Shown here in pieces: positions 1-18,578 of a DNA stretch of 64,000 bases; within the stretch, counting starts at the first letter, position 1; every line of letters begins with the position of its first letter. The translations under genes were made by a program, and so were the position numbers. Source of the stretch: the human T2T-CHM13v2.0 reference genome, Homo sapiens; assembly GCF_009914755.1 (NCBI RefSeq), contig NC_060927.1; one strand, 5' to 3'. Below the pieces are notes generated by a model. It was not told the origin of the DNA. It ran no database searches and saw nothing but the letters and a program-made list of their open reading frames with translations.

Positions 1-230
1 ATAGACAGCATATACCTAAGGGATCTCTGTGAAGGAGCCTATGGAGGGCACTCCAGGCCTGTACCCAAAAACCATTCTGCCTTCCTAGACCTCTTAGCCT
101 GTTATGAAAGGAGCAGTTTCAAAGATATCTGAAATGCCTTGGAGGTATTTCTTCCATTGTCTTGTGGAATAGCATCTGGCTCCCTTCTATCCATACTAAT
201 TTCTTTAGCAAATGGTCCCTGGGCTACATT
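1..230 (-). mobile_element. MaLR (MST/MLT) internal-sequence fragment
   Basis: Resembles the MST-internal segment at ~50460-50960 in this window (tctgaaatgccttggagg...ccattgtct...ctggctccct...ctttagcaaatggt). Confidence 0.6.
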
Positions 231-240
231 TTTGTCTCTC

Positions 241-2055
<1,815 letters not shown>

Positions 2056-3953
2056 TCCTGTCCTGTTTTTTAATTCATTCTTTGGCTTTATGTCTGTTCT
2101 TGTCTGTGTATGTGTGTGTGTGCGTCGTGTATGCACACCCTCACATGTGCACAGAAGACAGGAGAGGCAAGTAGAGGAGTGCATGAGGTTAGAGAGCTAC
2201 CCACAGAGACTGAATCTGTGGTTTGTAACCCTGGTTTCCCATGAGAATCTTCTGATTTAGTTGTTTGCAAAGGGGTCAATGAATCTAATAAGCCTGGGTT
2301 TAGATCTACTGGTTTAATGATGAAACCCCTTGAAAGCCAAGATTAATTATTTTCACCTCATGCAGTAATCAATAGGAAAAGAAAGGAGATTTTTGAGGAC
2401 TTCAGTGAAATAAGATATCTGTGTGTGAGAGAGAATCTGAAAGCATTGTAGGGGATGGTCACAAAGACAGGACTTGGATGCAGGGAAACAAACAGAGATT
2501 CATATCTGTCTTTTTGGGCCTCATCAAATAGCACCTCACTGAGCTTTCGTTTAGAATCCATTTCTCCTTCCCAGAACCCCCTGCAAATGTTTATTTCTGC
2601 ATTTCAGTCTTTACCAAACTCAGGCTCATTTTTTAATTACTTGTCCATGTGTCCGCTCTCCCCTGGACTGAGTACATTGATGGCAGTACCAAGATATTTG
2701 CTCCATTGTTTTCTTGGGATTCTTTCTAGCCCACACTTCTAATTATCTAAGTGTTCAGAGTCATTGTCAGCATTTGCTTCATTCAATTAAGTAATATCAT
2801 ACTTAATCTTTGAAATGTTAAAATGATTAATATTAACAACTGAGACTTAATGACACAACCAGTTATATGTAGAACTGGAGATAGAATTAGTTCTATCCAA
2901 CCAATTGTTAGATTTGTTGGAATTGTTCATTCCAACCATGTACCATTGACTAAGTGCTGAGATAACTAGTAAGAATATGGGAACTGTGTAGTTTCAAATT
3001 TGGTTGTGGCCTCTTGACCCAGACATCCTGGCTCTTTGCAACTTGCCTTGCAATCCCAGCTTTGCAACTTGGCTAGCTACATGTACAAGGCAGACTAAGA
3101 CTGTGCCTGTTTTTCAGAACAACCAGTTGTTAGTCCCCTGTGGCCATCTGTACTTGCTGAGTTGGCTAAGGAAGATGCTCATCTTCAGAAGATCCAGTGT
3201 CAGCCTGAGTGTTCAATTTGGCTTTAAATTAATTTTTTTATATTTATTTTTTGGGAACTCCAGATAATAATGCCAGATTCTTCCTATGTCAGTTAAATAT
3301 TGGCCCGCTCTCCCATCTCTTCAAATCAACTTGAGGAATGATTTGATGTATCAAGTGGGGACACCCCAATTACAGAATGAGATTCCAGATTTCTCAGTTG
3401 GAAATGTTAGCAGGAAAGAGAATCAATCACTAGCAAATTGCAGGTATTACTTTACAATTTCTTTCCCATGAAAATAGGATTCTCTTGGAGGAGGGCTTGT
3501 TATGGCAAGTAGATTAGCAGAAATGAGTCTGTAAATTCACCAAATGCTAATCTTATCCACAGGTAAGACAACTGCTACACCATGGCATGTCCAAAGCGCT
3601 ACAGAGTAATGGACTGCGGATCAGGAAATACCCTCCAACCTCACTGGTTTTCAGCTTGTTCCAAACCTCCCCATACTCAGTTCCCCTCTATTTCTGACAC
3701 TCTTAGCTTCACAACTTGAAGCTAAGATCTTTTTCCATTGTCAGTTTGACCTCATAATCTGGCCTTGCACCGTTTATATTATTAATAATATGTACCCAAA
3801 ACCCATGTATGCTGACCCAGGTAACTGCCTCCACCTTTGCATTCTGGAAACACAAATACAAGATAGCCATAGGTTATCTTGTATAGCACTAGATGAACCC
3901 CTAAGCAATGTCTCTGCCATAGAAGATCCAGTTTTCAAATATAAGTTCTCTGA

Positions 3954-4379
<426 letters not shown>

Positions 4380-5714
4380 TAGGATGACCAGAAAAGAGCT
4401 GCTTTGTAGCTCCAAGGAACAGGAACCTGAGGACTACCAAGGGCCAACTTGAGTATTGTGACTTCCTATTCCATTGAGTTTAGCCCTCAGAGATACTACT
4501 TTTGACTCCACATGCACAGAGTAGAGTAGGTGCTTGATAAATATTTGTTGCTGAATGAATGAATTAGAAATTGATCATACTTGTCCTTTGAGTTTCTAGT
4601 GACCGTGTCATCTCCCAAATCAATATTAATACCAACATGATGAAATCTAAAAATTATCTCAGATATTCATCTTCTTTATTATTTCAGTTCCCACTAATGA
4701 TAGCAACTAAAGGTCCAGGGGAATGCAAAAATAAATAGGCAATTCTTTTGTGAAAAAATAAATTTTCAAATGAAAAAGTCCTCTTTCCAGTAATCCCACC
4801 AGTTCCTTAATTCTAAAATGAAAAGAAAATTGGAAATACTTTATTGTACTGGCAGATAGGAACTGAGACTAGAATAATATTTTCAGACAGGGGAAATGAG
4901 GTGAATAGTCCTGTTCTTACAGATTAACCAGTGCTTTCACTGATCCATCACTGACTGCTGCAAATGGTTAAGTTCTATTACCATCTCACATAGCATGTTC
5001 AAAAAGTAAAAAGAAAAAAGAAAACTTTTTCAAAAGGTGAATTCTAAGGGATTCTGTAATGGCTTTGTTATTTGGAGTTTTTTCACTTATATACAAAGCT
5101 GAAATGGCACCAAATATCCACTTTGCCTTGTTCTCTACCAACTCTTTAAAAGTAGGAATCTATATTTCTTGGCAAAGTTGAAAATTAAACATCAATCAAA
5201 GATTCTTAGCCATAGGTCTAGACCCTCTCTCTAGCCATGTATGAGCACATCTCAAAGGTAGATGAAATTTATAAATGCGTCTCTGGAGCCTCTATGAGTA
5301 TCATTGCGTATGGGAAGGTTTCTGCTCCTGATGTAAAAGGTAGAATTGATCCCTATATCTGACCTGTATGTGGCATAATCAAACGAGAAGCAGGCAACTC
5401 CTCCCCTTTCTTTCACTCTTTTTTCCCCTCTCTCATGTTTTCTCAGTTTTTCTTTTTCCTTGCTCTTTTACATGAATGTAATTATCAATAGTCACTTGCT
5501 GATATTCATCCCCCGTAGTACCTGGTGGCAATTGGGAAAAAACTTATATTTAGCAAGACAATTTCTGGGATGTGTCAAAAGATACATGTTACTTTTGCTT
5601 CTCTTCACCTTCTGAGCTCCAGTCTACCACCCAACCATAAATATTATTCAAATATTGGAGCTTTATCTGTCTTTTAACTGAAGAACTACTTCATTGTATG
5701 AAGAGTTAAATGTC

Positions 5715-7069
5715 TATTATGTAATTTTATGTTTTATTCAAACAGTTCATATAATAAAGATATTCACATGCATTTTAAAATTATACATCAATTTATTATA
5801 AGTGATATAAAATACAGTGAAAAGAATTTATTTTTACAAACTCTCAGTGAAACATCTGATACACATCTGGCTATGAATGGTAGATTCAAACGTGATAAAA
5901 CTGCCACTTGAAATGCATCACAGTACCAGCAGGCACGTGGCAATCTTACCTCCTTTCTTCTTTTATTACAATGATACGATATTCACTATATCCCTCTGTG
6001 GTTGTCCTTTTGTTAAAATTTGTTCCGGTTTTCATAGTTCCTTTTGTACTTCAACAATCACATTTTGGCAACTTACTCTGGTAATTAAAAGTTGGATTCA
6101 AGGAAAACTATGAACTCCCACATTTGTTCATTCTCCTTTCCATCCCTGAATTCTGTCTTTTGTAATGTAGACCTGTGTGACCCACACAGCCAAATTTAAG
6201 TAATGTACCCACTTCAGATTTCCATACCTATCCAACCTAATCTGATGTCTCATCTTGACAGACTGCAGCTGCCAAGAAGTAAGATTCCTGTGCTGCTCTC
6301 AGGACAATTTGTCCCACTTGTTTTCTAATTCAGTAAAGATACTGGTTTAAATGTGAAGCCACACAAGAGAAAGATGAAGCCAAAGCTGGTCCCCCTGAGG
6401 AATTGTTTTGAAATAAGGCATTAGGACCCTCCATTCAATTCATATTTAATAGACCATCATCTCTTCTGCATTCATCAGGAAAAAAACAAAAACAAAAACA
6501 AACAAAATAGTATCTGCCTATGATTAATAGTATTTAATTACATGCACTTTTGTTTGAGTTTACTTCGTTGCTTTCTGAAAAAAAGATAGGTATTTAGACA
6601 CTAGTTCATGATGATAAAATTAAAATTTAGTTTCACAAACAAAAATTGAAACTGTCATTTGTAGGAAAAAAATTCAAATTTAAAATTGTTATTTTTCACC
6701 ATTCTTAGATAGCAAGAGAAGAATTTCTTTACTGTGATTTCTATCACAACAGAATTTTTTTCCTTGACAAAGGACCTTTTAAAAATCCCAGGAAAGGACC
6801 ACAAAATAATCAAAGACTGCACATTGTAAATAAAACCCTTCAGCTGTTATTGAAACATAAGTATAATTACAGACAAGGAAAAGGTATTATCAGCAGAGAA
6901 AAGGTGCCTTAAGAATTCTTTGTCTTTTTCCAAAATGATGGACATGAGTGAGCTCTAATATCATTATGTTTAGAAATGGCTTCATCCAGATCCAACTGTA
7001 CACCATTAATATTCACTTCCATGCAGCCATTATAAAAGGCATTCACTGGTGTGGCACTGAATGGAACAT
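5715..7069 (-). pseudogene. PROS2P: Pseudo-exon 15 (C-terminus and 3'UTR homolog)
   Basis: Coding part 6909-7069, [52 protein letters not shown], ancestral TAA at 6909-6911. Followed by ~1.1-1.2 kb of AU-rich UTR-like sequence; 3' end approximate. Confidence 0.93.
5733..5967 (-). terminator. Cluster of AATAAA polyadenylation signals of the ancestral 3'UTR
   Basis: Minus-strand AATAAA (plus-strand tttatt) at 5733-5738, 5792-5797, 5827-5832 and 5962-5967, about 0.9-1.2 kb past the stop codon. Confidence 0.7.
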
Positions 7070-8290
7070 CTGTAAAAGTAAAATATTAGAATATTAGTCC
7101 AAGACTTTTAGCATCTTGTTTGTTTACAGTGAGAGAAGTCATTCAGACTTCCTATTTCCAACCAAATTCTAATCCTAAAGGAAAAGTTAATAATGAAATT
7201 CTATTCCATAAATATACATTCAGTGACTCCGATATACATGTTAGTGTACTTCATTGAATTCAGCATGTCATGAGTTCCTCGGATTTCATAAACACAATTA
7301 GTTCCATTTAAACTTAAACACATTTAAGGGAGAGTAGAAACAAGCATATTCTTGTGATATTCTATTTTTATTATACAAATAACATACTATTTTATCTTTA
7401 AACTTAAGCAATAGTTTAAGCATTGTTAAATCATTTTCTTAACTCCAAATTATAGCTACTTGGAAATCTCTTTTAAATGTCATGATCAATATATCGCTTT
7501 TATTATTGTTGGAATAAAAGCAGATTTCTGTATTTTTCCAAAGAAATAATTTTTTGTTGAGCATACAATAGGTCATGATACAGGATTCACTTTCATATAC
7601 TATTTAGAGTTCCTAAAAATAACAATTTTCCTTCCTCTTTTTTGGCCTCTCCTCTCCATTAATCTTAACTCACAACGGATATTCTTTAGCCCTTATCTTC
7701 AGTACCTTATGCCAAAAAAAAACCTTTAAATTTTCAACTTCTAACTTGCCAACACAGTGAATAAAGTTCCTACTTTACTATGACTATGAGCTCATAGCAT
7801 TTGTTAAGAATCCCTTTGAAGCTGGGCTAAACATCATAGATTATGCCACTTTTCCTTTTTTGAGAAAAGAAATTACTCAAATTCATTCGTTTCCTGAGGA
7901 AAGAAATTACTCAAAATCATCCATTTCTCTTGGGTTTTAGTAGTTCACATGAAATTTAACATGCCTACTTTGCATGCAATTAATAATTTACCCATCCCAC
8001 AGTTTATACTCTTAATATCTCAATATTTAGCTCCTCTCAAATTTTCCCCACTCTTTCTCTCAAGACATTTTGCCTGAAGTTAGTCCTCAGTGCTGTTGCC
8101 AAAATCCCGAAACCACTGAAATTTTGATAATTCTACTTCTTTTAAACTCTTTGTTGGTTTGATTTCCTAAAATTGCATTCAACTAAATTGTGGATAAGGT
8201 AGTAGGTAGATTTCAATATAGAATTTATTCATTTAAACTATAATTTTACTCCCTAATAATTAGGCATGCTCGCTACTTACCTCTATTTTT

Positions 8291-8299
8291 CTATCTATC

Positions 8300-8342
<43 letters not shown>

Positions 8343-8370
8343 ATCTATCTATCATCTATCTATCTGTCTT
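8291..8370. repeat. (TATC/GATA)n compound tetranucleotide microsatellite
   Basis: ctatctatcatctatctatc... run with TCA interruptions. Confidence 0.95.
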
Positions 8371-8599
8371 TCTATAGCTTTAAAAGCCTATTTACTTCTA
8401 TTTCCCAAAACCCCAGATACAATTTCCGTATATGGGAAATCAAGACCATGAGCAATTTAAGCAATATATTGAAGGTTATCAGAGGTCCAGACATCAAACT
8501 CAGAATTCTCCCCATGAGAATAAATTGCAAATGTCATCTGAAAATGCTTCTAAATAACTTTCTGCCTCTTTTTTTCCATTTAAAGTGAAATATTGGTGC

Positions 8600-9922
<1,323 letters not shown>

Positions 9923-9957
9923 TGGACATAAGATCTCAATAAAAGTTGGATAAATGG

Positions 9958-10344
<387 letters not shown>

Positions 10345-10612
10345 CTATTCTGATGACGAAATAAAATAACATATCCTTTCTGGCTGGGATAGCCAAATGC
10401 AGCAAAACTTGATCAGCCTTAGTTCAACATTTTTAAACTAAACAAAACAAAAATATGCCAATAAAATGTCGGTTCTAGCCCCTAGAAAAAGAATAATGAA
10501 TACTGGATTTTATGTTCCCTTCTGATGCTTTTTTACTATAATTATATATTTAAAATATTATCAATTTGATTAAAATATACTTTTTAAAGCTGAAGAAAAA
10601 GTAAGCAGATAC

Positions 10613-10838
10613 CTGGAAGGCCACACAAGTATGTGACCACTTTTGCTTTCATTGCTTTGTCCAAGATGGCAAGTTGTCTTTGAAGGTCTTCATGGGAGAT
10701 GGTTTCTATTTTAAGTGGTATCAACAACTCCAGATTGTTTCTGTTGACTCTAAATTCCAGATGAGATTGTTGATCAGAACATAGATTTAGGGCCTATTTC
10801 CGATATATTACAGTATTTTCAACAGATAACAGAATATC
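10613..10838 (-). pseudogene. PROS2P: Pseudo-exon 14 (LG2), stop Q563*
   Basis: 226 bp, DILLSVENTVIYRK*ALNLCSDQQSHLEFRVNRNNLELLIPLKIETISHEDLQRQLAILDKAMKAKVVTYLCGLP. TAG at 10794-10796; cag/gtatct sites. Confidence 0.95.
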
Positions 10839-12808
10839 CTGAAGAGTAGAGCAAAGATTCAATATAAGCAAGGAGTAAGAGTAATGCTGCTTAAGGGTGA
10901 CTTTTGAGTTTTTGAAAGTCAAAAACTAAATTTCAATAAGGAAAGAAAATGTATGATAGCACCTCTAAATTTAAGGGAAAAATTACTAAGTATGTTAAGA
11001 CTAATTTATAATAATTATGACTAAAATTTAAAATACACATTGGTTTTACAAACTCAAAGTTTAGCTAAAATATAAATGTATACTAGTTTCTGAAAATTCA
11101 GTAAAACAACCAGCACCTATAGGAGTGTCTTATGTCTTTCTGTTTATGAGCCTTCCTAATTTCCAAGTTTACATATGAAAAGGGAAGGAGTTGAATCACT
11201 CTTTGTTGAGAAAAGACTTGGGAAATTTAAAATGCTTTAGTAAGCATATGCCAGCAAGACTAACAGGTTTCTTTGTGCCACACAAGCAATCCTATAGACT
11301 TGGGATAAAATAAGTGAAGAGGCCCTGAGAAAGAAAAACCAGGAATTGCCACCAGGACGTTATAGAGCATTTACCAGAAGATTCTACAGAAAGAAAATGT
11401 GTTCATTCTGCTGAACCTTTCAAACTGCTGTTATGCCTAAATTACTCGATGTGTTGAGTATGATCTCTTCATATAGCTTATATGGCATAGAGGAAAGTGA
11501 TAAAAACATAGTCAGAAATGTTTGTTTAGGAATCCAAGATACCTATTTTAAGCGAAAAGACTAACTTTGCAAATATAGGTTACCTGAGGTAATTTGTTAT
11601 TGTGTTGTACATGTCCGTATCCTTAAACTCATTAAAAGAGATTGTCAATAAAGAAAATGCTCCAAAATGATCAATGGTATCTGGAATAATGTTATGAAAT
11701 ATTGCATAGACCTTGAGAAGAAAATATGACATGCAAAGAAAGAACCATGGAGGCAAACACTCAAAGGATAAAATAAATATCAAAGACATTGCATGCGTTA
11801 ACCTCCTCCACTGCATGAATGTAGTGTTGAAGATAGGAATTCCATTTTGTTTAAAAAGAAAAACAAACTAGCAAACAAAAAACCCTTGAAATCCAAATGT
11901 AGAAAGCTCCTTAAAGACAGGAGATTAAAACAAAAACAAAAACAAAAACAAACTCATCAGGATATTTTTAGGTTACTTATGGTTAACCACCAGAAACTTC
12001 CCATCCTCCTCCCTGAATCATACTTTAAGTTGCAAACAGCATAACTTGTTTTACTACAATAGACATTATTCAACCATAGGTCTCTTTCTAAAATCTACTG
12101 AAAGCATCCAAGTCAGCCTTGGCATAAACGTCAGGTTCTTGCAGTAACTTGTTGGAATGCACTGTGTATGACGCATAGACAGAACGACTATGCTCTAATT
12201 GAAGTCTGAATAATACAGATTTTCTGATAACCCTCATATTTCCTTTCATCTAAGGCTTTTTCATGTTCTTCCTCCTAATTTCAAATAAGAGTTGCCATTA
12301 AGAAACCAAGTGGACCAGTTTTAACTTTCTCTCTTTTTTCCTAACTTACTCTTGGGAGAAAAGATTAAGAGTGTAAGAAAGAACAAAACATTATAATTAA
12401 GCACTGAATATCTGAGAGTGCACTGTAATTAGATTCACTTCTATGTTGACAGCACAGACTAATTCCCACGATGCTTAAAGGATTCTTAATAAGGGTGGAT
12501 CTCTATTTATTCGGGTGGCTCCAAGCAGCCTGTGTGAGAGTCTGCCTAATCTTAGGTATAGATGCAGTAGGTTTTTCATTCCTCCCTCCCCTTACTTCTT
12601 CATTCAGACCTTGGAAACAAGCCAGAAAAAAAGTAACAATAGTAGACATTTTTTGAGTCTTTAATGATGTGCTGGAGATTGTGCCAAATACTTTACATAA
12701 GTTACTTTATTTGATCTTCAAAATCGTCCTTTGAGGTAAATACTGCTATGTATCTATTTTAAAAAAGAAAAGAAAAACAAGGCTCATCTAGGTTTAGAGT
12801 TAAGTTAC

Positions 12809-12960
12809 CTGCGATTTTTCAGAGGTGGAGTCCACCAAGGACACAGCAAAGGGCACTGTGTTGTTACCAGAAACCAAGGCAAGCATAACACCAGTGCCCA
12901 TGGATGGATGAATATTCAAGGTCACATTTATATGCCAACCCTCAGCACTGGATACATTAT
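12809..12960 (-). pseudogene. PROS2P: Pseudo-exon 13 (LG2)
   Basis: 152 bp, NVSSAEGWHINVTLNIHPSMGTGVMLALVSGNNTVPFAVSLVDSTSEKSQ; tag/gtaact sites. Confidence 0.95.
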
Positions 12961-13887
12961 CTATTTAAAATAATGAAACAGAAGCATGATCAATGCACTC
13001 CTAAAGTGCACCAGGAGGAATTATTATTAATACAGTCCAGGTAATATTCAAAACTATCTTGTGTAATACTATTTTTTTTCCCTTTCTCAATGATCTATAT
13101 AACCTAGGCAAAACAAAACAAACTTTTTTTTAATGCAGGCAAGAAACATGCAAATGGAGTACCATCTTCCCGTTCTTCCTAGAAGAGAATTCTGGATTGT
13201 AGTGTTAAGGATTATCATGGATTTTCCCGGTTTGCTCTTTAACAACAGTGCTTCCTTCTCTCTTCCATGTTCGCCAATGCTCAAATCTCAAAGTGGTCAT
13301 ATTTCCAAGTACACGTTTGAAAGTTCAACAAATTTACTGTAATAATTTAGGGAAAATCTGGGTACAGTTGCCATCATCACTCCAAAGGATGATTTATGTA
13401 TGATTTATATACACAGGAGAGTTGGATAGTTCGATACTAGAGAAATACACTGACATCAGCAGTTAGTTTTGAAATCAGAATGGGAACCCTTGTTTTGTGA
13501 ATCTCTTGTCATAATCCTTCACATTCTCCTTCTTAATTACTAGGTTAATTGTCTATCCCAATAACGTGCAAGCTCTAGGAGGTATATGTCTCCATCATTG
13601 CTTTGTTTTTCCCAGCAGTCGCTCAATAGATATTTGTTGAATTAATATGTTTCCAGAGTAGTTGGATTACTAAAAATAATAGTTCATAATCTGAATGAAG
13701 TCTTCCTCATTTAATATGATGTAATGTATAGCAAAGCCCAAATACCATACGGAGCCCTTGAAAGGGTAAATGTGAATAAGGAAAATAATTTTCCTTTGAC
13801 AAGATGTTCTTCCACTTAGCCACATATAATGTCACTAAGTTTTTCATTATAATCCTGTAACTCCCATCCAGAAGAAAAAAATATATA

Positions 13888-14172
13888 GACCGGGTGCGGT
13901 GGCACATGCCTGTAATCCTAGCACTTTGGAATTGCCTGAGCTCAGGAGTTCGAGACCAGCCTGGGCAACGTGGTGAAACATCTCTACTGAAAAAAATGTA
14001 CAAAAAATTAGCTGAGCATGGTGGTGTATACCTGTAGTCCCAGCTACAACTCGGGAGGCTTGATTCAGGAGAATCGCTTGAACTCAGGAGGCAGAGGTTG
14101 CAGTGAGCTGAGATCATACCACTGCACTCCAGCCTGGGAAAAAGAGTGAGACTCTGTCTCCAAAAAAAGAAG
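13888..14172 (+). mobile_element. Alu (J/S) with a small left-arm deletion
   Basis: Alu dimer; gcactttgg joined directly to aattgcctgagctcagg. Confidence 0.9.
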
Positions 14173-14678
14173 AATGTTTACATGTAATCATTGTGAAATA
14201 AGTAATTTTTAATTGATATGTCATAATTGTACATATTTTGGGGTAGATATGTCATTTGATAAATGCATACAATGTGTAATGTTCAAATCAGGGTAACTGG
14301 AATTTCTATCACCTAAACATTTATCTTGAAATAAGTAAATTTAATACAGAATATTCAATTCAAACTAAAATGAACACGCAAATGCAGAGAAGTTAAAATG
14401 TAACATTAAATATTAATTACAAAGATCACTTACAAATTATCCATGAAATGATTGATTACTTATTAAAGTAATTTTTTTAGATACAATGTAACTCTTATTT
14501 TCATTACCTTTTCAGGATTTTTTTCCTTTGGCCAAATCATCATGGATTTAGTTTTATCCTAATTTAATCCTCACCCCATTTATAACTTTAAAACAATCCT
14601 TCATAGGCAGAACAGAACTAGGCATTGTATTAATACATGTTAGAAAAAGAGAAATCATTTTTGTAAAATTTGTCCTTA

Positions 14679-14990
<312 letters not shown>

Positions 14991-15002
14991 AAATGTAGTA
15001 AA

Positions 15003-15197
15003 TACAGACTATGAAAGATGGGAGGGTGGGAGGAGGGTAGGGGTTGAAAAATTACCAATTGGGTATCATATTCACTATTTGGGTGATGTGTACACTGAAA
15101 GCCCAGATTTCACCACTACAAAATATATCACAATATATGCATGTAAGAAATCCGCACTTGTACCTCCTAATTACATAAAAATTTAAAAATTTGTTTT
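15003..15197 (+). mobile_element. Short L1 3'-end fragment (L1PB/L1MA-like)
   Basis: ggagggtgggaggagggtaggggttgaaaaattacc...cccagatttcaccacta...cacttgtacc, flanked by aatgtagtaaa repeats. Confidence 0.8.
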
Positions 15198-15215
15198 AAT
15201 GTAGTAAACACTTCT

Positions 15216-15248
<33 letters not shown>

Positions 15249-15538
15249 TGAGACATGCTCTCACTCTGTCATCCAGGCTGGAGTGCAGTGGTAAGATCCT
15301 GGCTCTCTGCTGCATCGACCTATTGGGCTCAAGCCATCCTCACACCTCAGCCTCCTGAGTAGCTGGGACTACAGGAACATGCCATCAGGCTTGGCTAATT
15401 TTTGCATTTTTTGTGAAGATAGGGTTTCACCATGTTGCCAAGGCTGGTCTTGAATTCTTGGGCTCTAGCTCTTTGGGATCTGCCTATCTCAGCTTCCTAA
15501 AGTGCTGGGATTATAGGTGTGAGCCACCTTACCTTGCC
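15216..15538 (-). mobile_element. AluJ
   Basis: Poly-T followed by antisense Alu dimer. Confidence 0.9.
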
Positions 15539-16029
15539 CTTTTTAAGTTACAAATAAACACAATTAAAGTGTAATTTTTTTCTTAAAGCAGAGATATCAC
15601 ATTAATACTAACTATTTATAATGCAAAGTGTTAGTAGCTCAAATAATGAACTACTAAAAAAGAAAAAGAAAAAGAATTCAATAAAATAATTAGAATATAT
15701 AAATAGCTAATAAACATATGGGAGGTTATTCAAGTTCAGTAGAAATTAGGGAAATAATATTAATATTCAAACCTACAAAATTTAATTTTTAAACTATCAG
15801 ATTGGAAAAAAGCTAAAGCATACACTTTCTCATTCTGTTGGTAGAAATATTAATTGATAAAAGATTTTTGGAAAAGAATGTAATTGAACCTCTAATAATT
15901 ATATATTTGCATAACCTTTGATAGAAATAACCTAATTCTAAAATTTACTTCCATAGAATTAATCACATAAAGGTAGAAGGATGTATGTTTTAGGATGTTC
16001 ACGGAAGTATTATTTATAAGGTTAAAACC

Positions 16030-17267
16030 ATAGGGTCAGTGTGGCAAGACTCCCTGCTCCACTTAGGCTGTAGAAAATTGGAAAGAGCACCACTCCCACC
16101 CTTACAACAACAAAAGCCAAATTATTTGCATAATCACGACTTTTCTTGGAACTATCAAAGAGCTGAGGTCACAGAGCAACAAACAACTAACCAGAAACCT
16201 AAAGAAAGACAGGTGTTTCCAAGGACAACCAGAATGAGAACACTTTCTAACCCAGGGCAGACAGGAGATGCCATGCAATTTGGTAAAAATAATTTAGGTA
16301 AAGATTTAAGCAAATTGGTGAACTCCATGTGGGGGCTGATGTAAGAGTTTAGAAGCCCTAGAAACTACAGACACAAAGACAATTCATGCTCATTCACAGG
16401 CTCTTCTCCACAGATTACTGTGCACTCAAGAGAAAACAGAGTGCAGGGAAGGAGACCTGAGAAAGTCTCTCTCTTAATATGGTCCTGAAAGCAGCACCTG
16501 CTACAGGGAATCCACAGAGCCCCACCTAGATCCTTCTCAGTCTCCTCTACACAACACAAGTTTTGAACCCAGGAGAAAGGCAGCAAACTTTGTCATTAGG
16601 ACACATATGAAGACTCATTGCAACTACAGATTAGGAAGAACAAACAAAGCTATCTATCATGGAGAAGGAGCAAGAAACCATCTTGAGTCCTGATCATTAG
16701 ACATCTCCCCTACTGATGAGAGTCAGGGAAGAGGAACAGTGAAAATTCCACACTCCTGAGACCCAGGGATACAACACCTGCCTAAGACTGAATTTGTATG
16801 AGAACAACATAGAATGCTTCCCCAACCTCTGCATCTTCTCTGCCATGTTAGCAAAAGTCAAGTAACAAGAGCACTCTGCTGGGGGTGGGCAAGACACTTG
16901 AGAGACACAAGTGGGAGAGACATTTTCTTGAGGCATATTATGGAGGGAATACATAAAACTGAGCTGCTAGGATGAAAAACTCTCTAGGCCAATCACGGTG
17001 GCTCAAGCCTGTAATATCAGCACTTGGAGAGGCTGAGGCAGGCAGATCACCTGAGGTCGGGAGTTTTTGAAACCAGCCTGGCCAACATGGCAAAACCCCG
17101 TCAAAAATACAAAAATTAGCAGGGCATGGTGGTGCACCCTTATAATTCCAGTTACTCAGGAGGCTGAGGCATGAGAATCACTTGAACCTGTGAGGTGGAG
17201 GTTGCAGTGAGCCTAGATTGTGGCACTGCACTGCAGCCTGGGCAACAGAGTGAGACTCGGTCTCAAA

Positions 17268-17303
<36 letters not shown>

Positions 17304-18190
17304 GAAAAGAAAAAGAAAAACTTCCTAGCAAACCATTCCCTTATTTTAAGCAGAAGGTTGTATTTAAAAAATCTGAGGCTGGGTGCAATGGCTCACATCT
17401 GTAATCCCAGCACTTTGGGAGGCCAAAGCAGGTGGATCATGAGATCAGGAGTTCAAAACCAGCCTGGCCAAAAATACAAAAATACAAAAATTAGCCAGGC
17501 GTGGTGGTGGTTGCCTGTAGTCCCAGCTACTCAGGAGACTGAGGCAGAAGAATCACTTGAATTCAGGAGGCAGAGGCTGCAGTGAGTCAAGATCGTGCCA
17601 CTGCACTCCAGCCTGGGTGACAGAGTGAGACTCCATCTCATAAACAAAACAAAACAAAATGAAAGATCTGAAACGTGTGGTGCGTTAAGGGTAATCCTGG
17701 CACCAACAAAACTTAAGAAGCTCAGCTTTTCACTAGATTGATTCAATCCTGTTACTAACAGCCTAGCAAAAGAAGTGTGCTCATTTCCAGACACAAATAT
17801 TCTTCATCTCAGTCTCTACTGTTATACGTAAGATGCCCAAATCTAAACCAAAAATTACATGATACACAAAGATGCAAGAAAAACAACACTTGGTCAAGGG
17901 ACAAAGCAGACAAAATGACCAGACCCAGATATGACACAGCTGGAACTATGAGACAGGGAATTTAAAATAATTATGATGAATACATTGAAAGCTCAGTACC
18001 CATTCTGGACAAGTGTGAACAGATAGGGAATTTCAACAGGGAGGTAGAAATTTTAAGGAAGCATCAAATAGAAATGCTAGAAATTAAGATGAATCTTTCT
18101 GATGCATTCATTGGTAGACTCTATACAAGTGAGAAATCAGTGAACTTTAAAATAAGTCAATTGAATTTACCCAAAAGGAATCAGGCTACC
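16030..18190 (+). mobile_element. Degenerate old L1M 5'/ORF1 region interrupted by two Alus (16987-17320, 17377-17660)
   Basis: A-rich L1 ORF1-like phrases (gacagggaatttaaaataattatg, agaaatgctagaaat, cagtgaactttaaaataagtcaa). The two AluS elements have TSDs. Confidence 0.6.
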
Positions 18191-18409
18191 TACCGATAAA
18201 CCTGAAATAACAACACGAGCACATTCAAATGCCTTTATATTTTTCCCAATACACTGAAAAATTTTTGTAAAAGTTATATAATAGTATGAATAAGCATAAG
18301 ACTAGAGTGGGCACACAGTAGATAGTAATGTTTCACAAATTATTACTGTTTGTTGATGAATAAATTTACTCATTAATGAGAAAATAGAGATAAATGGAAA
18401 ATCACTTAC

Positions 18410-18578
18410 TATAATCTACGCGAAATTGAGCAATTCCAAAACCAGGATAGTAGGAGCCCTTCTCCACAGTAACCAGGCAGTGCTTATTTTGTTTTTCTTG
18501 AATAATTTCCTTTATTCCAGAAGCTCCTTGCTTCATCAAATTCCAGCCTCATATACATCCGTCTAGACAAGGGTTAAT
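18410..18578 (-). pseudogene. PROS2P: Pseudo-exon 12, stop R451*
   Basis: 169 bp, INPCLDGCI*GWNLMKQGASGIKEIIQEKQNKHCLVTVEKGSYYPGFGIAQFRVDY. TGA at 18549-18551; tag/gtaagt sites. Confidence 0.95.
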
